Shown here: positions 28,680-38,645 of the stretch, in pieces
How positions within the stretch are numbered: position 1 is the stretch's first letter
Layout: each line of letters starts with the position of its first letter
Origin: Pseudomonadota bacterium
GTDB lineage: Bacteria; UBA10199; 2-02-FULL-44-16; JAAZCA01
Length of the DNA: 50,319 nucleotides
Direction: 5' to 3'
Assembly (NCBI GenBank): GCA_043798915.1
Contig: JAZDOG010000012.1
Location: 1-50,319, forward strand
Translations under genes and position numbers: made by a program
The notes under the pieces: model-generated
Told to the model about the DNA's origin: nothing
Seen by the model: only the letters and a program-made list of their open reading frames with translations
The model's database searches: none

Positions 28680-30863
28680 CTACGCTGCAGGCAGGCGGAT
28701 GGTGAACTTGCTGCCGCTGCCGGGTGTGGAGACGACGTCGATCCTTCCGCCGAAGTGCTCGATTATGCGCCGGACGAAGGTGAGGCCCAGCCCCATGCCG
28801 CCGGCCCCGCCGACGGAGTATTTTTCAATCTGATAGAACTTGTCGAAAATCCTGTCCAGATATTCCGGCGGGATGCCGACGCCGTCGTCGGCCACGGATA
28901 TGGCGAAGGACTTTCCCTCCCTTGTGCATTCGATAGTCGCGTGCGCAGGGTTGTTCAAGTTGAATTTGAGCGCGTTGTCGAGGAGCTGGCCGATGGCGAG
29001 CCGGAGGTAGCCCCTGTTGAAATCGATCTCCCCCGCGCCGAACGCCGCCTTCGTCTCTATCTCGGGGTGCATATCCGCATATGAGAGCCTCGCTTCGTCC
29101 GCGATCTCCTTGAAGAGCGCTGGCAGGTCGATCCTCTCGCGCGAGGATTCGAGATCCGCGCCCTCGATGGCGACGAAGCCGATGAGCTTCTCGATCAGGC
29201 CCGCGAGCCTTGCCGATTCCTTCCCCATGGCATCGACGTGCCGCTGCTGTTTTTCGGATAAGCTGCCCAGGAGCTTGTCCTTGAGCATCTCGACGCTCGA
29301 CTGAAGCGCGTTAACCGGCACCATCAGCTTGTACGAGATCATCGACAGGAAATTCTTTTTGGACGATTCTTCCGAGCGGAGCTTCGTCACGTCGCGCACG
29401 CTCAAGACGAGCGCCCTCAGGGCGCCGGCTTCGTCGTGCACTGGCGTGATGATCGCTGTGAGGTCCAGCGGCTCCATATCTTCGCTGTCGCGCCGCGATA
29501 GCTCGAAAGGCGGCAGGCGCCTGGAGAAGTCGGATATCCGATCCAGGGGCACCGAGGTGTCGAAATGCTCCATGAGGTACTGCAGGAAGGGCCTCTGCGC
29601 GGGGAGCAGGAGAAGCCGGTCGGCGGCCGTGTTTGATTGCACGACATTCCAGCCGGCGCCGAGAATCACCAGCCCGTCGGACATCTCCGAGAAACAGGTC
29701 CTGAACATCTCCTTCTCATCGCGCAGTTTTTCAAGGCTCGCGACCAGCGACCTCTCCATGTCCGTGAAGGCGCGGGTGAGCACGCCGACCTCGTCGCTTC
29801 CGGACGAGCCCTCCGGTTTCCTCGTGAAATCGCCCTCCGATATCCTCCGCGCGCTCATGGCCAGGCGTCTTATCGGTTCGGCCAGGCGCGACGAGATTAC
29901 GAATATGAGAAGGAATATGACGACCGCCGCCGCCGCCGCCGTGATGATCATGGTGCGGTGGAGCGAGTTGAGTTCTCCCAGGAGCTCGCCCTCAGGAAAG
30001 GCGATGGCCAGGGACCACCCGGTGGAAGGCACGGTGCCGTAGACGAACCAGGTCTTCTCTCCGCTCATCGGATCGATCGTCGAGATGAAGCCCTCTTTCC
30101 CGGCGAGCATCTCCTCCCCGAGCTTCTTGATGTCTTCGCTCTTCCACTCCATCGCGACATCGAAGATGGTGCGCTTCAAGCGCCACTCCTTGCTGCGCAT
30201 CGTGAGAAACTTTCCCTCCTTGGAAAGCAGAAACGCGTACCCGGTCTCTCCGGTCTTTATGTTTTCGATATCCGCGGTGAGGTCCTGGAGGGCGACGTCG
30301 GCGGTCGCCACCCCCCACACCTTTCCGTTGCGGAAGAAGGGGCAGGAGAATGTCGTCATCGCAACCTCGCCGCCGCCCACGTCGATGTAGGGTTCGCTCC
30401 AGCGGGGTTTTCCGCTCTCCCGAGGGATGCGATACCAGTCCCACTTCGGGTAGTCGTATGTGGAGGTCCCGAGGTCGACGAACAGGAGCCCCTCCGGGCC
30501 GCGGCGGTAATATGGTGCGATCAGGGTCTTCGCGCCCGGAAACTCTCCCGGCTCGAAGGCGACGGTTGCGCCGAACGCCCTGCGCTCTGCTTCGAGGGAA
30601 TTTTTGATCAGCCCCTCGAGTTCCTCCTCCGAGGCGGGGACGAGGCTCTGGGAAGCGATGGAGAGCCCCATAGCCACCGCCTGGATCGACTGTAGGTTGG
30701 CATCGAGCTCCCACGTATATGATCTGATCATGCCCTCCGCGCGGCGCTCGATCTCGCCCACCATCGCCTTTCTGCTGTATCTGTAGCTCAAGAGCGACAG
30801 CCCCGCGAAAACCAGGACCACCGAAGCGAATACGGAGAGGAGGAGTTTCTTGCGGATATTCAT
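28680..30863 (-). CDS. Membrane sensor histidine-kinase-like protein (dCache-HAMP-PAS-HisKA-HATPase) lacking the canonical phospho-His
   Basis: Cache WY..P, WSEPYID; HAMP DEVGVL; H-box reads FLSMISYKLMVP; NALKF, DDGVGI, GLGL intact. Confidence 0.85.
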   Translation of the reverse strand: MNIRKKLLLSVFASVVLVFAGLSLLSYRYSRKAMVGEIERRAEGMIRSYTWELDANLQSIQAVAMGLSIASQSLVPASEEELEGLIKNSLEAERRAFGATVAFEPGEFPGAKTLIAPYYRRGPEGLLFVDLGTSTYDYPKWDWYRIPRESGKPRWSEPYIDVGGGEVAMTTFSCPFFRNGKVWGVATADVALQDLTADIENIKTGETGYAFLLSKEGKFLTMRSKEWRLKRTIFDVAMEWKSEDIKKLGEEMLAGKEGFISTIDPMSGEKTWFVYGTVPSTGWSLAIAFPEGELLGELNSLHRTMIITAAAAAVVIFLLIFVISSRLAEPIRRLAMSARRISEGDFTRKPEGSSGSDEVGVLTRAFTDMERSLVASLEKLRDEKEMFRTCFSEMSDGLVILGAGWNVVQSNTAADRLLLLPAQRPFLQYLMEHFDTSVPLDRISDFSRRLPPFELSRRDSEDMEPLDLTAIITPVHDEAGALRALVLSVRDVTKLRSEESSKKNFLSMISYKLMVPVNALQSSVEMLKDKLLGSLSEKQQRHVDAMGKESARLAGLIEKLIGFVAIEGADLESSRERIDLPALFKEIADEARLSYADMHPEIETKAAFGAGEIDFNRGYLRLAIGQLLDNALKFNLNNPAHATIECTREGKSFAISVADDGVGIPPEYLDRIFDKFYQIEKYSVGGAGGMGLGLTFVRRIIEHFGGRIDVVSTPGSGSKFTIRLPAA

Positions 30864-30970
30864 CCCGGCATCATATGAGAAACTTGCGCCCGGGGCAATG
30901 CCCAAAAAACCTTGCCGCGGGGCGCAAAAGCGGCTATTAACTGAGGAAGTGGGGGATGGAGGGTATCGAC

Positions 30971-31585
30971 ATGTCGGCAAGACGCCTGGTTGCCCTGTTT
31001 TCCTGTATGATGTTTTCGCTTTTCTGCCTGTCCGCGCCTCTGGCTGAGGCCCGCGGCCATGACGGGGTGTACATGGGGATGGGCTACACGCAGCTTTTCA
31101 TGTACACGCCGGAGCAGCAGAGCGGCGGGCCGACTCTCGGGCGAGTCAACGTGGGCCCCGGTTTCGGAGGCAACGCCGTAGTCGGCTATGATTTCTGCGG
31201 CACTCGCTGGGGAATCCAGATGCCGTTTGAGATCACGACTCAGAGGCTCAACAGGGCGGAGTGGCCCTTTGAGATCAATCTTGGTGTCGAGGCGGTCCTC
31301 CACCTGGTGGAGTGGCGAAACGAGCTCGACTTTCATCTCGTCGGAGGCGCCGGCTGGAACTACCTGACGGAGGGGGGCATCCAGAACCACAGCCGCAGCC
31401 AGGGCATATCCGCCGACTTAGGGCCCGGCCTGTCCTATTATTTCTTCCGAGGCGAGAAGTCGAGCGCCGCGCTGACCTTTGAAGTCCCCTTCAGGATGGT
31501 CCATTATTTCGGCGACCACCTCTCCGGCAACGGGACGACCTTCATCGCCTTTCCGATGAGAATCTCCGTCCAGGTGGGCTTTTAA
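30971..31585 (+). CDS. Outer-membrane beta-barrel-like protein
   Basis: Signal peptide, alternating amphipathic strands, C-terminal Phe (VQVGF). Confidence 0.65.
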   Translation: MSARRLVALFSCMMFSLFCLSAPLAEARGHDGVYMGMGYTQLFMYTPEQQSGGPTLGRVNVGPGFGGNAVVGYDFCGTRWGIQMPFEITTQRLNRAEWPFEINLGVEAVLHLVEWRNELDFHLVGGAGWNYLTEGGIQNHSRSQGISADLGPGLSYYFFRGEKSSAALTFEVPFRMVHYFGDHLSGNGTTFIAFPMRISVQVGF

Positions 31586-31603
31586 AAATTCTGGGGACGC
31601 CAT

Positions 31604-32470
31604 ATGAAAAAAGCCGCCTTTTTATTGTGTCTATGTGCGCTTCTCTCATCCTCCGCCATATCCCGCGCCTTCAGCACCTCGGGTTTTCAGAATCCCTACG
31701 GCGTCGTGGTGGATGGCAATACCGGGTTCATCTACGTCTCCAACGTGAACGGCGACCCCAATGCGCGTGACGACAACGGCTTCATCTCGCGGCTCAAGGG
31801 GGATGGGACGGTCGACCAGATGAAGTTCATCGACGGCGCTGTGCCGGAGTTCACGCTCCATGCCCCGAAGGGGATGGCCATCGTGGGCACCACGCTCTAT
31901 GTGGCCGATATCGACAAGCTGCACGCGTTTGACATCAGCACGGCCAGGTTCCTCTTCGACATCAACTTCGGCGATTTCTCCATCCAGCATTTCTACGACA
32001 TCGCGCCGGCGCCCGACAACGCGCTCTATGTCACGGACGGCCCGGCGGGCTTCATCTACAGGGTCGACGTGCCGAAGATGCACGAGGTGACGACCTTCGC
32101 ATCGGGCGATCAGCTGGGCCAGCCCCACGGAATCTGCTGGTATCCCGCGAAGCAGGTGTTCATGGTGGCCGGATGGAGTTCGGGGCAGGTGATCGCACTG
32201 GACTTCGCGGGCAAGCGGCAGGCGACACCAGGCATCTTCTTGAGGACCCTCGAAGGCTTGAGGGCTGACAACACGGGCAATCTGTTCGTCGCGAGCACGT
32301 CGCTCACTTCCGTCTACAGGATCTCGCCCACCTATGCGGTGTCCTCGTTTGTGCTCCGCGCCAACCAGCCGTCGGGCATCGCGTTTCAGGGCGCGGGGAA
32401 CCAGATTATCGTCGCGTCATTCGACGCCGGCACGGTGCAGTCGTATCCGATACTGAACCCCAACCAATAA
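31604..32470 (+). CDS. Secreted beta-propeller (SMP-30/gluconolactonase-like) protein
   Basis: Signal peptide; YVSNVNG, DDNGFISRL, APKGMAI, LYVADI, repeated blades. Confidence 0.75.
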   Translation: MKKAAFLLCLCALLSSSAISRAFSTSGFQNPYGVVVDGNTGFIYVSNVNGDPNARDDNGFISRLKGDGTVDQMKFIDGAVPEFTLHAPKGMAIVGTTLYVADIDKLHAFDISTARFLFDINFGDFSIQHFYDIAPAPDNALYVTDGPAGFIYRVDVPKMHEVTTFASGDQLGQPHGICWYPAKQVFMVAGWSSGQVIALDFAGKRQATPGIFLRTLEGLRADNTGNLFVASTSLTSVYRISPTYAVSSFVLRANQPSGIAFQGAGNQIIVASFDAGTVQSYPILNPNQ

Positions 32471-32473
32471 ATT

Positions 32474-33649
32474 TTATGCGCGGTAGTCGAAGGGGATCGC
32501 CTCTGTATTGCAAAGGCGCTTCTCGATGCAGGCGGATGTGGTGACTGAAGGGTCGATCTTTTCCCAGATGGCCGGCGTTTCCATGCACAGATAGAGCTTA
32601 TGCGGTGGAAGCTTTGATCGGAGCTTTTTCCACAGCGGCCGGTAAGCGGCCTCGCGGACGAAGCGCGGATAGCGGACCTTGGCCAAAGAGGGGACGAGCT
32701 CTCCGGAGAATATCTTCGTGTTCGGGAAGCGGCGCGTTGCGATCTCCTGAAGATCGGAAGGATAGCGCAAGAGCCCCAGGCTCACCCACGATATCTGCTT
32801 TGGTTCCAGGGCGCCCAATATCCTCTCGATCACGTCGAGATAGCCGCCGACGTCCTCAGCGCCCCGGGCGAGGATGATGGGATCGAGGTGAAAGCCGACG
32901 CCGTAGCCTGCCGATGCCGCCTTCTGAGCGGCCGCGAGCCTATCGTCCAGGGAGGCCGTGCCGCGCTCCTCAGAGGAGATGATCTCGGGGGTGTTCACGG
33001 ACCATGCGATCACGGTGCGGTTTCTGTGACGGAGCCCCATGAGGTGATCGATGGCAGCGCTTTTGGTCTTGAGCTCGAGCATGGCGTTTCGCCGCGAAGC
33101 GAAGAACGGGATGAGCACGCTCGCGCAGTCGGTGAGCGGGTCGAGCGCCAGACTGTCCGAGAGCTCGCCGGTGCCGATGCGGAAAAATCTGTTCTGGTGC
33201 GCAGAGAGAAACGCCGACACCTCGGCGAGTATCGACTCGATGTTGACGTAGACCGCGGTCACCGGGTTGTTGGCGAGATACGACTGCAGGACGCAGTAGC
33301 TGCAATCCATGGGGCAGCCGGAGGTGAGATCGATCACGCGATAGCCGCAGCAGAGCTGGCCTCCGGAAATTCCCTGGCAGGGCTTGAATGCCTGCCCGCG
33401 GTGCATCGTCAAAAAGAGCTGGCGCTTTGCGGCGCCGATGTCGCGCATGCGCTTGACGCTGTGCTGTTTTTCGACGATGTCGACCGGCACATCGGGAAGT
33501 TTGTTGAGGATGCGGATAGCCTGCGGGTGATCGGCCACCTCTTGGTCGAGCCACACCTGGTCGATCTCGAACGGAAAAGATTTTTTCCCGGCGCGGGGAC
33601 TTGCACGCGGTGAGATACGCTTGAGATTGGAGCTTGCGATTGAGGACAT
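32474..33649 (-). CDS. Spore photoproduct lyase-family radical SAM protein
   Basis: GCPMDCSYCVLQ, RIGTGELSDSLALD, LELKTKS, WSVN, FHLDPI, YLCME. Confidence 0.85.
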   Translation of the reverse strand: MSSIASSNLKRISPRASPRAGKKSFPFEIDQVWLDQEVADHPQAIRILNKLPDVPVDIVEKQHSVKRMRDIGAAKRQLFLTMHRGQAFKPCQGISGGQLCCGYRVIDLTSGCPMDCSYCVLQSYLANNPVTAVYVNIESILAEVSAFLSAHQNRFFRIGTGELSDSLALDPLTDCASVLIPFFASRRNAMLELKTKSAAIDHLMGLRHRNRTVIAWSVNTPEIISSEERGTASLDDRLAAAQKAASAGYGVGFHLDPIILARGAEDVGGYLDVIERILGALEPKQISWVSLGLLRYPSDLQEIATRRFPNTKIFSGELVPSLAKVRYPRFVREAAYRPLWKKLRSKLPPHKLYLCMETPAIWEKIDPSVTTSACIEKRLCNTEAIPFDYRA

Positions 33650-33652
33650 CCT

Positions 33653-34624
33653 TTAAGCCCTGTACCACTCGAAAATCTGCTGCCACTGCTGCTTGTTGAA
33701 GGCTTCCTGGATCTTGCTGACGAGGCTGTTGAGCTCCTCCGGCTGCGAGAACTGATATTCGAGCTTCATCTTCTGGTTCTCGAAGTATGGATCGGTGACG
33801 AGCTTCGCCGCCTCCGGCAGATCCAGGTTGGTGATGAGCTCCGCGAACTGGCGTTGACGCTCAGAGAGCTGCGGCAGACGGATGCCGCGAAGCGCCTGGC
33901 GCAGGGCGCGAACTTTGTCGGACGGTGCGGTGCCTGGATCTGCCACGACCTGCAATAGCTGATAGCGGGCCAGGATCTCTTCGACGGACATGCCGTCGCG
34001 CGCGGAAATCTCGCGGATGAGAGAGAGCAGCTCGTTCAATTTGTTTGTCGAGGGCCGGATGTGCGCCAGCACCGGCAGCAGGACCTGCTGCGTGGAAGGC
34101 GTGAACTCGGCTATGCGCGCGGCCGACGACAGCGCAACGTCGCCCATGACGATGTGGTTCTTGAGCGGTTCGGTGAGCGTTGCCAGCGACAAAAGCTGAT
34201 GCAGTATCTTGTAGCTCGGCTCTTCGTCCAGAAGCGGCAGAAACTGTTTGACCAGATCCTCTTCAGACATCGAGTAGAACTGGCTGAGCTTCACGAGCGC
34301 CGTGCTCTTTTCGATCACATTGAGCGGCCTTGTGAGCGCGTTCTCGTGCAGGTTCCAGAGGAATGCCTGCGTGGTGGAGAGATCGTTCGGTTCATGAACG
34401 ATGGCCGGCAGCGACTGGCGGCCGAGCTCCTGCAGCACTAGCACGCGCTTGTAGCCGGTGACGATCTGATATGTCCCCTCTGGCGTGTGGCGCACGTTGA
34501 TCGGCTGGATGAGCCCCACGGCCTTGATGGACCGCTTGAGCGCGTCCAGCCTGGGCGCGAAGGTGATGCGGTAGCTGTCATCCGCGGTGTTGAGACTTGC
34601 AAGTTGGAGATGTTGTAGTAGCAT
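33653..34624 (-). CDS. ParB/Srx N-terminal domain protein
   Basis: SIKAVGLIQPI, IVTGYKR, EN..RPLNVIEK; no parA adjacent. Confidence 0.75.
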   Translation of the reverse strand: MLLQHLQLASLNTADDSYRITFAPRLDALKRSIKAVGLIQPINVRHTPEGTYQIVTGYKRVLVLQELGRQSLPAIVHEPNDLSTTQAFLWNLHENALTRPLNVIEKSTALVKLSQFYSMSEEDLVKQFLPLLDEEPSYKILHQLLSLATLTEPLKNHIVMGDVALSSAARIAEFTPSTQQVLLPVLAHIRPSTNKLNELLSLIREISARDGMSVEEILARYQLLQVVADPGTAPSDKVRALRQALRGIRLPQLSERQRQFAELITNLDLPEAAKLVTDPYFENQKMKLEYQFSQPEELNSLVSKIQEAFNKQQWQQIFEWYRA

Positions 34625-34726
34625 GGCGGCGGATAATGTAGAAACTCAGAATGGATTGCAAGATTTTTTTGCAGCTGGCACGAATTTTTTCGTTTTCTAT
34701 TATGAATTTTTGGAAGGGAGACCACG

Positions 34727-35191
34727 GTGATGACCGTTGATGTCGATGAACAGTGGATGAGAAGGGCCATCGAAGAGGCGCGAGGAGCGGCAACCGATGG
34801 CGAGGTTCCGATCGGCGCGGTCGCGGTTGCGGACGGGCAAATGGTCGGCGGCGCGAGAAACGCGAGAGAGCGGACGCACAACCCGCTCGGCCACGCCGAA
34901 CTCCTGCTCATCGAATCGCTCGCAAAGATGCGCGGGAGCTGGCGTCTGGAGGATGTCTGCATCTATGTGACCTGCGAGCCATGCCTCATGTGTGCCGGCG
35001 CGATGCTCCAGGCGAGGATTCCCCGCGTCGTTTACGGATGCAGAGATCCAAAAGCGGGGGCCATGGGTTCGCTCTATGACGTTTCGAACGACCCGCGCTT
35101 AAACCACAGGATCGAGGTCGTGCCGAACGTGCTGGGGGAGGAATGCGGCCGGCTTCTCAGCGATTTTTTCAAGGCATTGAGAGGCAAATGA
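34727..35191 (+). CDS. tadA: tRNA adenosine(34) deaminase
   Basis: EVPIGAV, HAE, TCEPCLMCAGAM, DPKAGA, LNHR, LLSDFFK. Confidence 0.93.
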   Translation: MMTVDVDEQWMRRAIEEARGAATDGEVPIGAVAVADGQMVGGARNARERTHNPLGHAELLLIESLAKMRGSWRLEDVCIYVTCEPCLMCAGAMLQARIPRVVYGCRDPKAGAMGSLYDVSNDPRLNHRIEVVPNVLGEECGRLLSDFFKALRGK

Positions 35192-35264
35192 TGTCTCGGC
35201 AGATTTTGGGTTGCGCTGCAGATGGGCGTGTGCTGTATTCCCGCGCCTGAAACCTTCAGTTTCG

Positions 35265-35352
<88 letters not shown>

Positions 35353-35387
35353 AAAAAATGGGCCCGGTTTTTTGGGCCCGTTTTACT
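35353..35387 (+). terminator. Intrinsic terminator after tRNA-Ser(CGA), possibly bidirectional
   Basis: AAAAAAT-GGGCCC-GGTTTTTT-GGGCCC-GTTTTAC hairpin. Confidence 0.65.
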
Positions 35388-35475
35388 TTAACTTGTGATG
35401 TACGAAGAGGGCAAGGGAGTGCCGAGGGATAGTGTCCGGGTATATGCGTTGTTTGACCTCGCCGCAGACGAATGA
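35385..35475 (+). pseudogene. Single Sel1-like repeat remnant
   Basis: YFNL + frameshift + MYEEGKGVPRDSVRVYALFDLAADE*, matching the Sel1 consensus. Confidence 0.55.
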
Positions 35476-35533
35476 TAGAAGGAACAGGCAAGGCCGGCCG
35501 GCTTGGCCAGCGGAGGGTCGGCTGGCCTTCACT

Positions 35534-35575
35534 ACTAAAATATAGTTACTAAAAAATAGTTGCTATTAAATAGTT
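35534..35575. promoter_or_regulatory. Three tandem 14-bp palindromic units (ACTA-N5-TAGT) upstream of ATPase
   Basis: ACTAAAATATAGTT / ACTAAAAAATAGTT / GCTATTAAATAGTT. Confidence 0.65.
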
Positions 35576-35610
35576 ATGACTCTACAATACACCCATAAGC
35601 AAGGGGGTAT

Positions 35611-36753
35611 ATGAGGGCCTTCAAGTTCGGGCAGCTGCTGGCCAAAGAGGACATATGCGACCGGGACGAGGAGATAAGGCTCCTCAAAAGTATTTGCAAG
35701 ACCGGGGGTAGGGCGGTTGTTTATGGATCAAGGCGGTTCGGCAAGACATCCCTCGTCAAAAACGTCATCGTCCATGATTTTCTCCAGTCGGAAAAGAAAT
35801 CCCTGGCTGTATATGCCGATCTCTTTCAGCTCGATTCCATGCAGGATGCCTCCATGAGGTTTCAAACGGCGATCGAGCACGCCCTGAGCGAACAAGCGAA
35901 GGTGAAGAGCTTCTTAAACGCTATACGGAACTACATCAAACACTTCCGCATCGAAATCACCGCTGATCCGCTCTCTGGAGCGCCACAGGTGAACCTGTCC
36001 GGTGGCGTCAGCGGCAAGGAGGATAAAACCATCCACGAGCTGTTCGTTACCTTGAAGGCGATATCAGGCGATTACAAGACCCTCCTTGTCCTTGATGAAT
36101 TCCAGGACGTCGCCTGCATAGGCGGCCTTGAAGCGAAGCTGCGCTCGGAGATTCAGGCGTTATCCGACGCGGCTGTTATAGTGCTCGGTTCGAAGAGACA
36201 TCTGATGAAAACCATCTTTCATGAGGAATCGAGACCGTTTTATGGCTTCGGTGTGGATGTTGAAATTAGGAAAATAGAGCGAGGGCATTGGCTGCAATAC
36301 ATGAAGGAAAGGTTTGATAACTCAAAGCTCGTGATTGATAAACAAGGCGTTGATACGATCTGCAAACAAATGAGAGACGTCCCAAATTCGATCCAGGAAC
36401 TTTGCCAGTGGATATCGCTCAATGACGAACAAAGACATCTGGATACGTCGAGGATTATGAAACACCTCGCGGGCCTGATAGAGAACAAGTCAAGCCGATA
36501 CCTTGAAAGATTTACCTCATTTTCAGCCAAGGAGAAGGCGGTGCTGATTGCAGCCGCACGAATGGAGCCCGTGGCATCCATTGCATCCACGGCCTTCATT
36601 CATACGACCGGCATCAGCGCTACAGCTGCAAAGGCCGCCGTGCTGCGCTTTGCCGACCAGGGAGTTTTGGATCATTCGGAGGAAGGGTACGTGGTCACAG
36701 ATCCGCTATTCAGAATATTCCTGCAGCGACAGTTCATGCACGATACAGAATAG
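35611..36753 (+). CDS. Archaeal-type AAA ATPase with probable C-terminal wHTH
   Basis: ICDRDEE, Walker A GSRRFGKT, Walker B LDEFQ, LGSKRH, C-terminal DPLFRIFL. Confidence 0.8.
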   Translation: MRAFKFGQLLAKEDICDRDEEIRLLKSICKTGGRAVVYGSRRFGKTSLVKNVIVHDFLQSEKKSLAVYADLFQLDSMQDASMRFQTAIEHALSEQAKVKSFLNAIRNYIKHFRIEITADPLSGAPQVNLSGGVSGKEDKTIHELFVTLKAISGDYKTLLVLDEFQDVACIGGLEAKLRSEIQALSDAAVIVLGSKRHLMKTIFHEESRPFYGFGVDVEIRKIERGHWLQYMKERFDNSKLVIDKQGVDTICKQMRDVPNSIQELCQWISLNDEQRHLDTSRIMKHLAGLIENKSSRYLERFTSFSAKEKAVLIAAARMEPVASIASTAFIHTTGISATAAKAAVLRFADQGVLDHSEEGYVVTDPLFRIFLQRQFMHDTE

Positions 36754-36867
36754 CGGAACCCGACATCTAACCCAACTTGCGCAAACTCCGAAAAATTATA
36801 ACCTCGTTTCCCGCGCGATTTTTTTGAGCGGCTTTTTCTCTTCGTCCTTCTCAATTTATATTTCCAA

Positions 36868-38514
36868 TCAAAGAATCGCCTTCAAGTCCGCCTCCGCCGT
36901 TGTGATCGGCATTATATTGAATTTGTCGGCGAGCACCTTGAGCACCGCCGGGGTGATGAAGGCCGGCAGTGATGGGCCGATGCGCATGTTGCGAATGCCG
37001 AGGTGCAGGAGCGTGAGCAGTATGCAGACCGCCTTCTGCTCGTACCATGAGAGGACGAGCGAGAGCGGCAGGTCGTTCACGCCGACGCCGAAGGCCTTCG
37101 AGAGAGCCAGCGCGATCTGGATTGCGGAATAAGCGTCGTTGCACTGGCCGCAGTCGAGGAACCTCGGGATCCCGCCTATGTCGCCGAACTCCTCCTTATT
37201 GAAGCGATACTTCCCGCAGGCGAGCGTCAAGATGACGCAGTCTTCAGGAACCTTCTCCGCAAACTCCGTGTAATAGTTGCGCCCGCTCTTCGCGCCGTCG
37301 CATCCACCGATGAGGAAGAAGCGGCGGATCGCGCCTTTCTTTACCGCATCGACCACCTTGCCGGCCACGCCTATCACCGCGTTGCGCGCGAACCCGACGG
37401 TGGTTGTGCGGTCGGGGCCGTCCGCAGTGAATCCGGGCGCTGCGATGGCCGCCTCAATGACCGGCTCAAAATTGCGGTCGGCTATGTGCATCGTTCCCGG
37501 CCAGCCGACGAGCCCCGAGGTGAAGATTTGCCCTGCATATGAATCCTGAGGCTTCTGCAGGCAGTTGGTCGTCATCAGGATCGCCCCAGGAAAAGCTGCG
37601 AACTCCTTCTGCTGATCCTGCCACGCCCCCCCGTAGTTGCCTGCGAGGTGCCTGTATCTCTTGAGGTTCGGATATCCGTGCGCCGGCAGCATCTCGCCGT
37701 GCGTGTAGACGTTGATCCTGCGCCCCTCGGTCTGCCGAAGGAGCTCTTCGAAATCCTTGAGGTCGTGGCCAGAGACGAGTATCGCCTTGCCCTTCCGCGG
37801 CTCGATGCGCACGCTGGTTGGCACGGGATGGCCGTATGCGCCGGTGTTCGCGGCATCGAGCAGCTCCATGACGCGTAGGTTCACCTCGCCGCATCTCAGG
37901 TTCATCGCCAGGAGCTCGTCGGCCCCGTGATGACCCTCGGCGATGAAATTCAGCCCTTCGTGGAAGAATGCGTAGACCTTGTCATCCTCCTGACCGAGGA
38001 TCATGGCGTGGTCAGCGTATGCAGCCGTTCCCTTGAGGCCATAGGCGAGGAGTTCCTCCAGCCCAGCGATGTCCGGTCCCAGCGCCTCGATCCTTTTCTT
38101 TACGCCGACCTCCAGGCCCTGGCTGATGAGCGCGTCCTTTCCGGATGCAGGGACCCATGCAGCGGGCCCCGCGAGGCGCTCTGGCACATTCCCGGCCTTC
38201 GTGCAGGCACCCTCGTAGAGCTTGCGGGCAAGGGTATGAGCGGCAGCCAAACGGCCAAGCAGCGCCACATAGCGCTCGGGGTCGAAGTTGACGTTGGTCA
38301 TGGTCGTGAACAGGGCCTCCATGACGGCGATGTCGACCTCGCGGTCCAGGGCAGCCAGCTTGCGCGCGCGGTGGGCATACATAGCCACGCCCTTGGCTGC
38401 ATGCATCGTGATGTCGATGAGAGCGCTGACCTCCGGGCTCTTCCCGCACACGCCGTGGACGGTGCAGCCCGTACCCTTTGCCGTCTGCTCGCACTGATAA
38501 CAGAACATGTTCAT
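36868..38514 (-). CDS. hcp: Hybrid cluster protein (hydroxylamine reductase)
   Basis: MFCYQCEQTAKGTGC..GVCGK, SGHDL, YTHGEMLPAHGYP, TTNC, GGCDG, GQCND, SWYEQKAV. Confidence 0.97.
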   Translation of the reverse strand: MNMFCYQCEQTAKGTGCTVHGVCGKSPEVSALIDITMHAAKGVAMYAHRARKLAALDREVDIAVMEALFTTMTNVNFDPERYVALLGRLAAAHTLARKLYEGACTKAGNVPERLAGPAAWVPASGKDALISQGLEVGVKKRIEALGPDIAGLEELLAYGLKGTAAYADHAMILGQEDDKVYAFFHEGLNFIAEGHHGADELLAMNLRCGEVNLRVMELLDAANTGAYGHPVPTSVRIEPRKGKAILVSGHDLKDFEELLRQTEGRRINVYTHGEMLPAHGYPNLKRYRHLAGNYGGAWQDQQKEFAAFPGAILMTTNCLQKPQDSYAGQIFTSGLVGWPGTMHIADRNFEPVIEAAIAAPGFTADGPDRTTTVGFARNAVIGVAGKVVDAVKKGAIRRFFLIGGCDGAKSGRNYYTEFAEKVPEDCVILTLACGKYRFNKEEFGDIGGIPRFLDCGQCNDAYSAIQIALALSKAFGVGVNDLPLSLVLSWYEQKAVCILLTLLHLGIRNMRIGPSLPAFITPAVLKVLADKFNIMPITTAEADLKAIL

Positions 38515-38645
38515 GTGTAGCTCCTTTTTAATATAAAATGTATAAATGTATAATAGTCAGTTGCTGTGTCTTTAGCAATGCCAATTTTTCCTTTATTAGC
38601 GGGATACAGTTGCGTATACTTCTGCGCTAAAGAAAAGGAGGGTGG

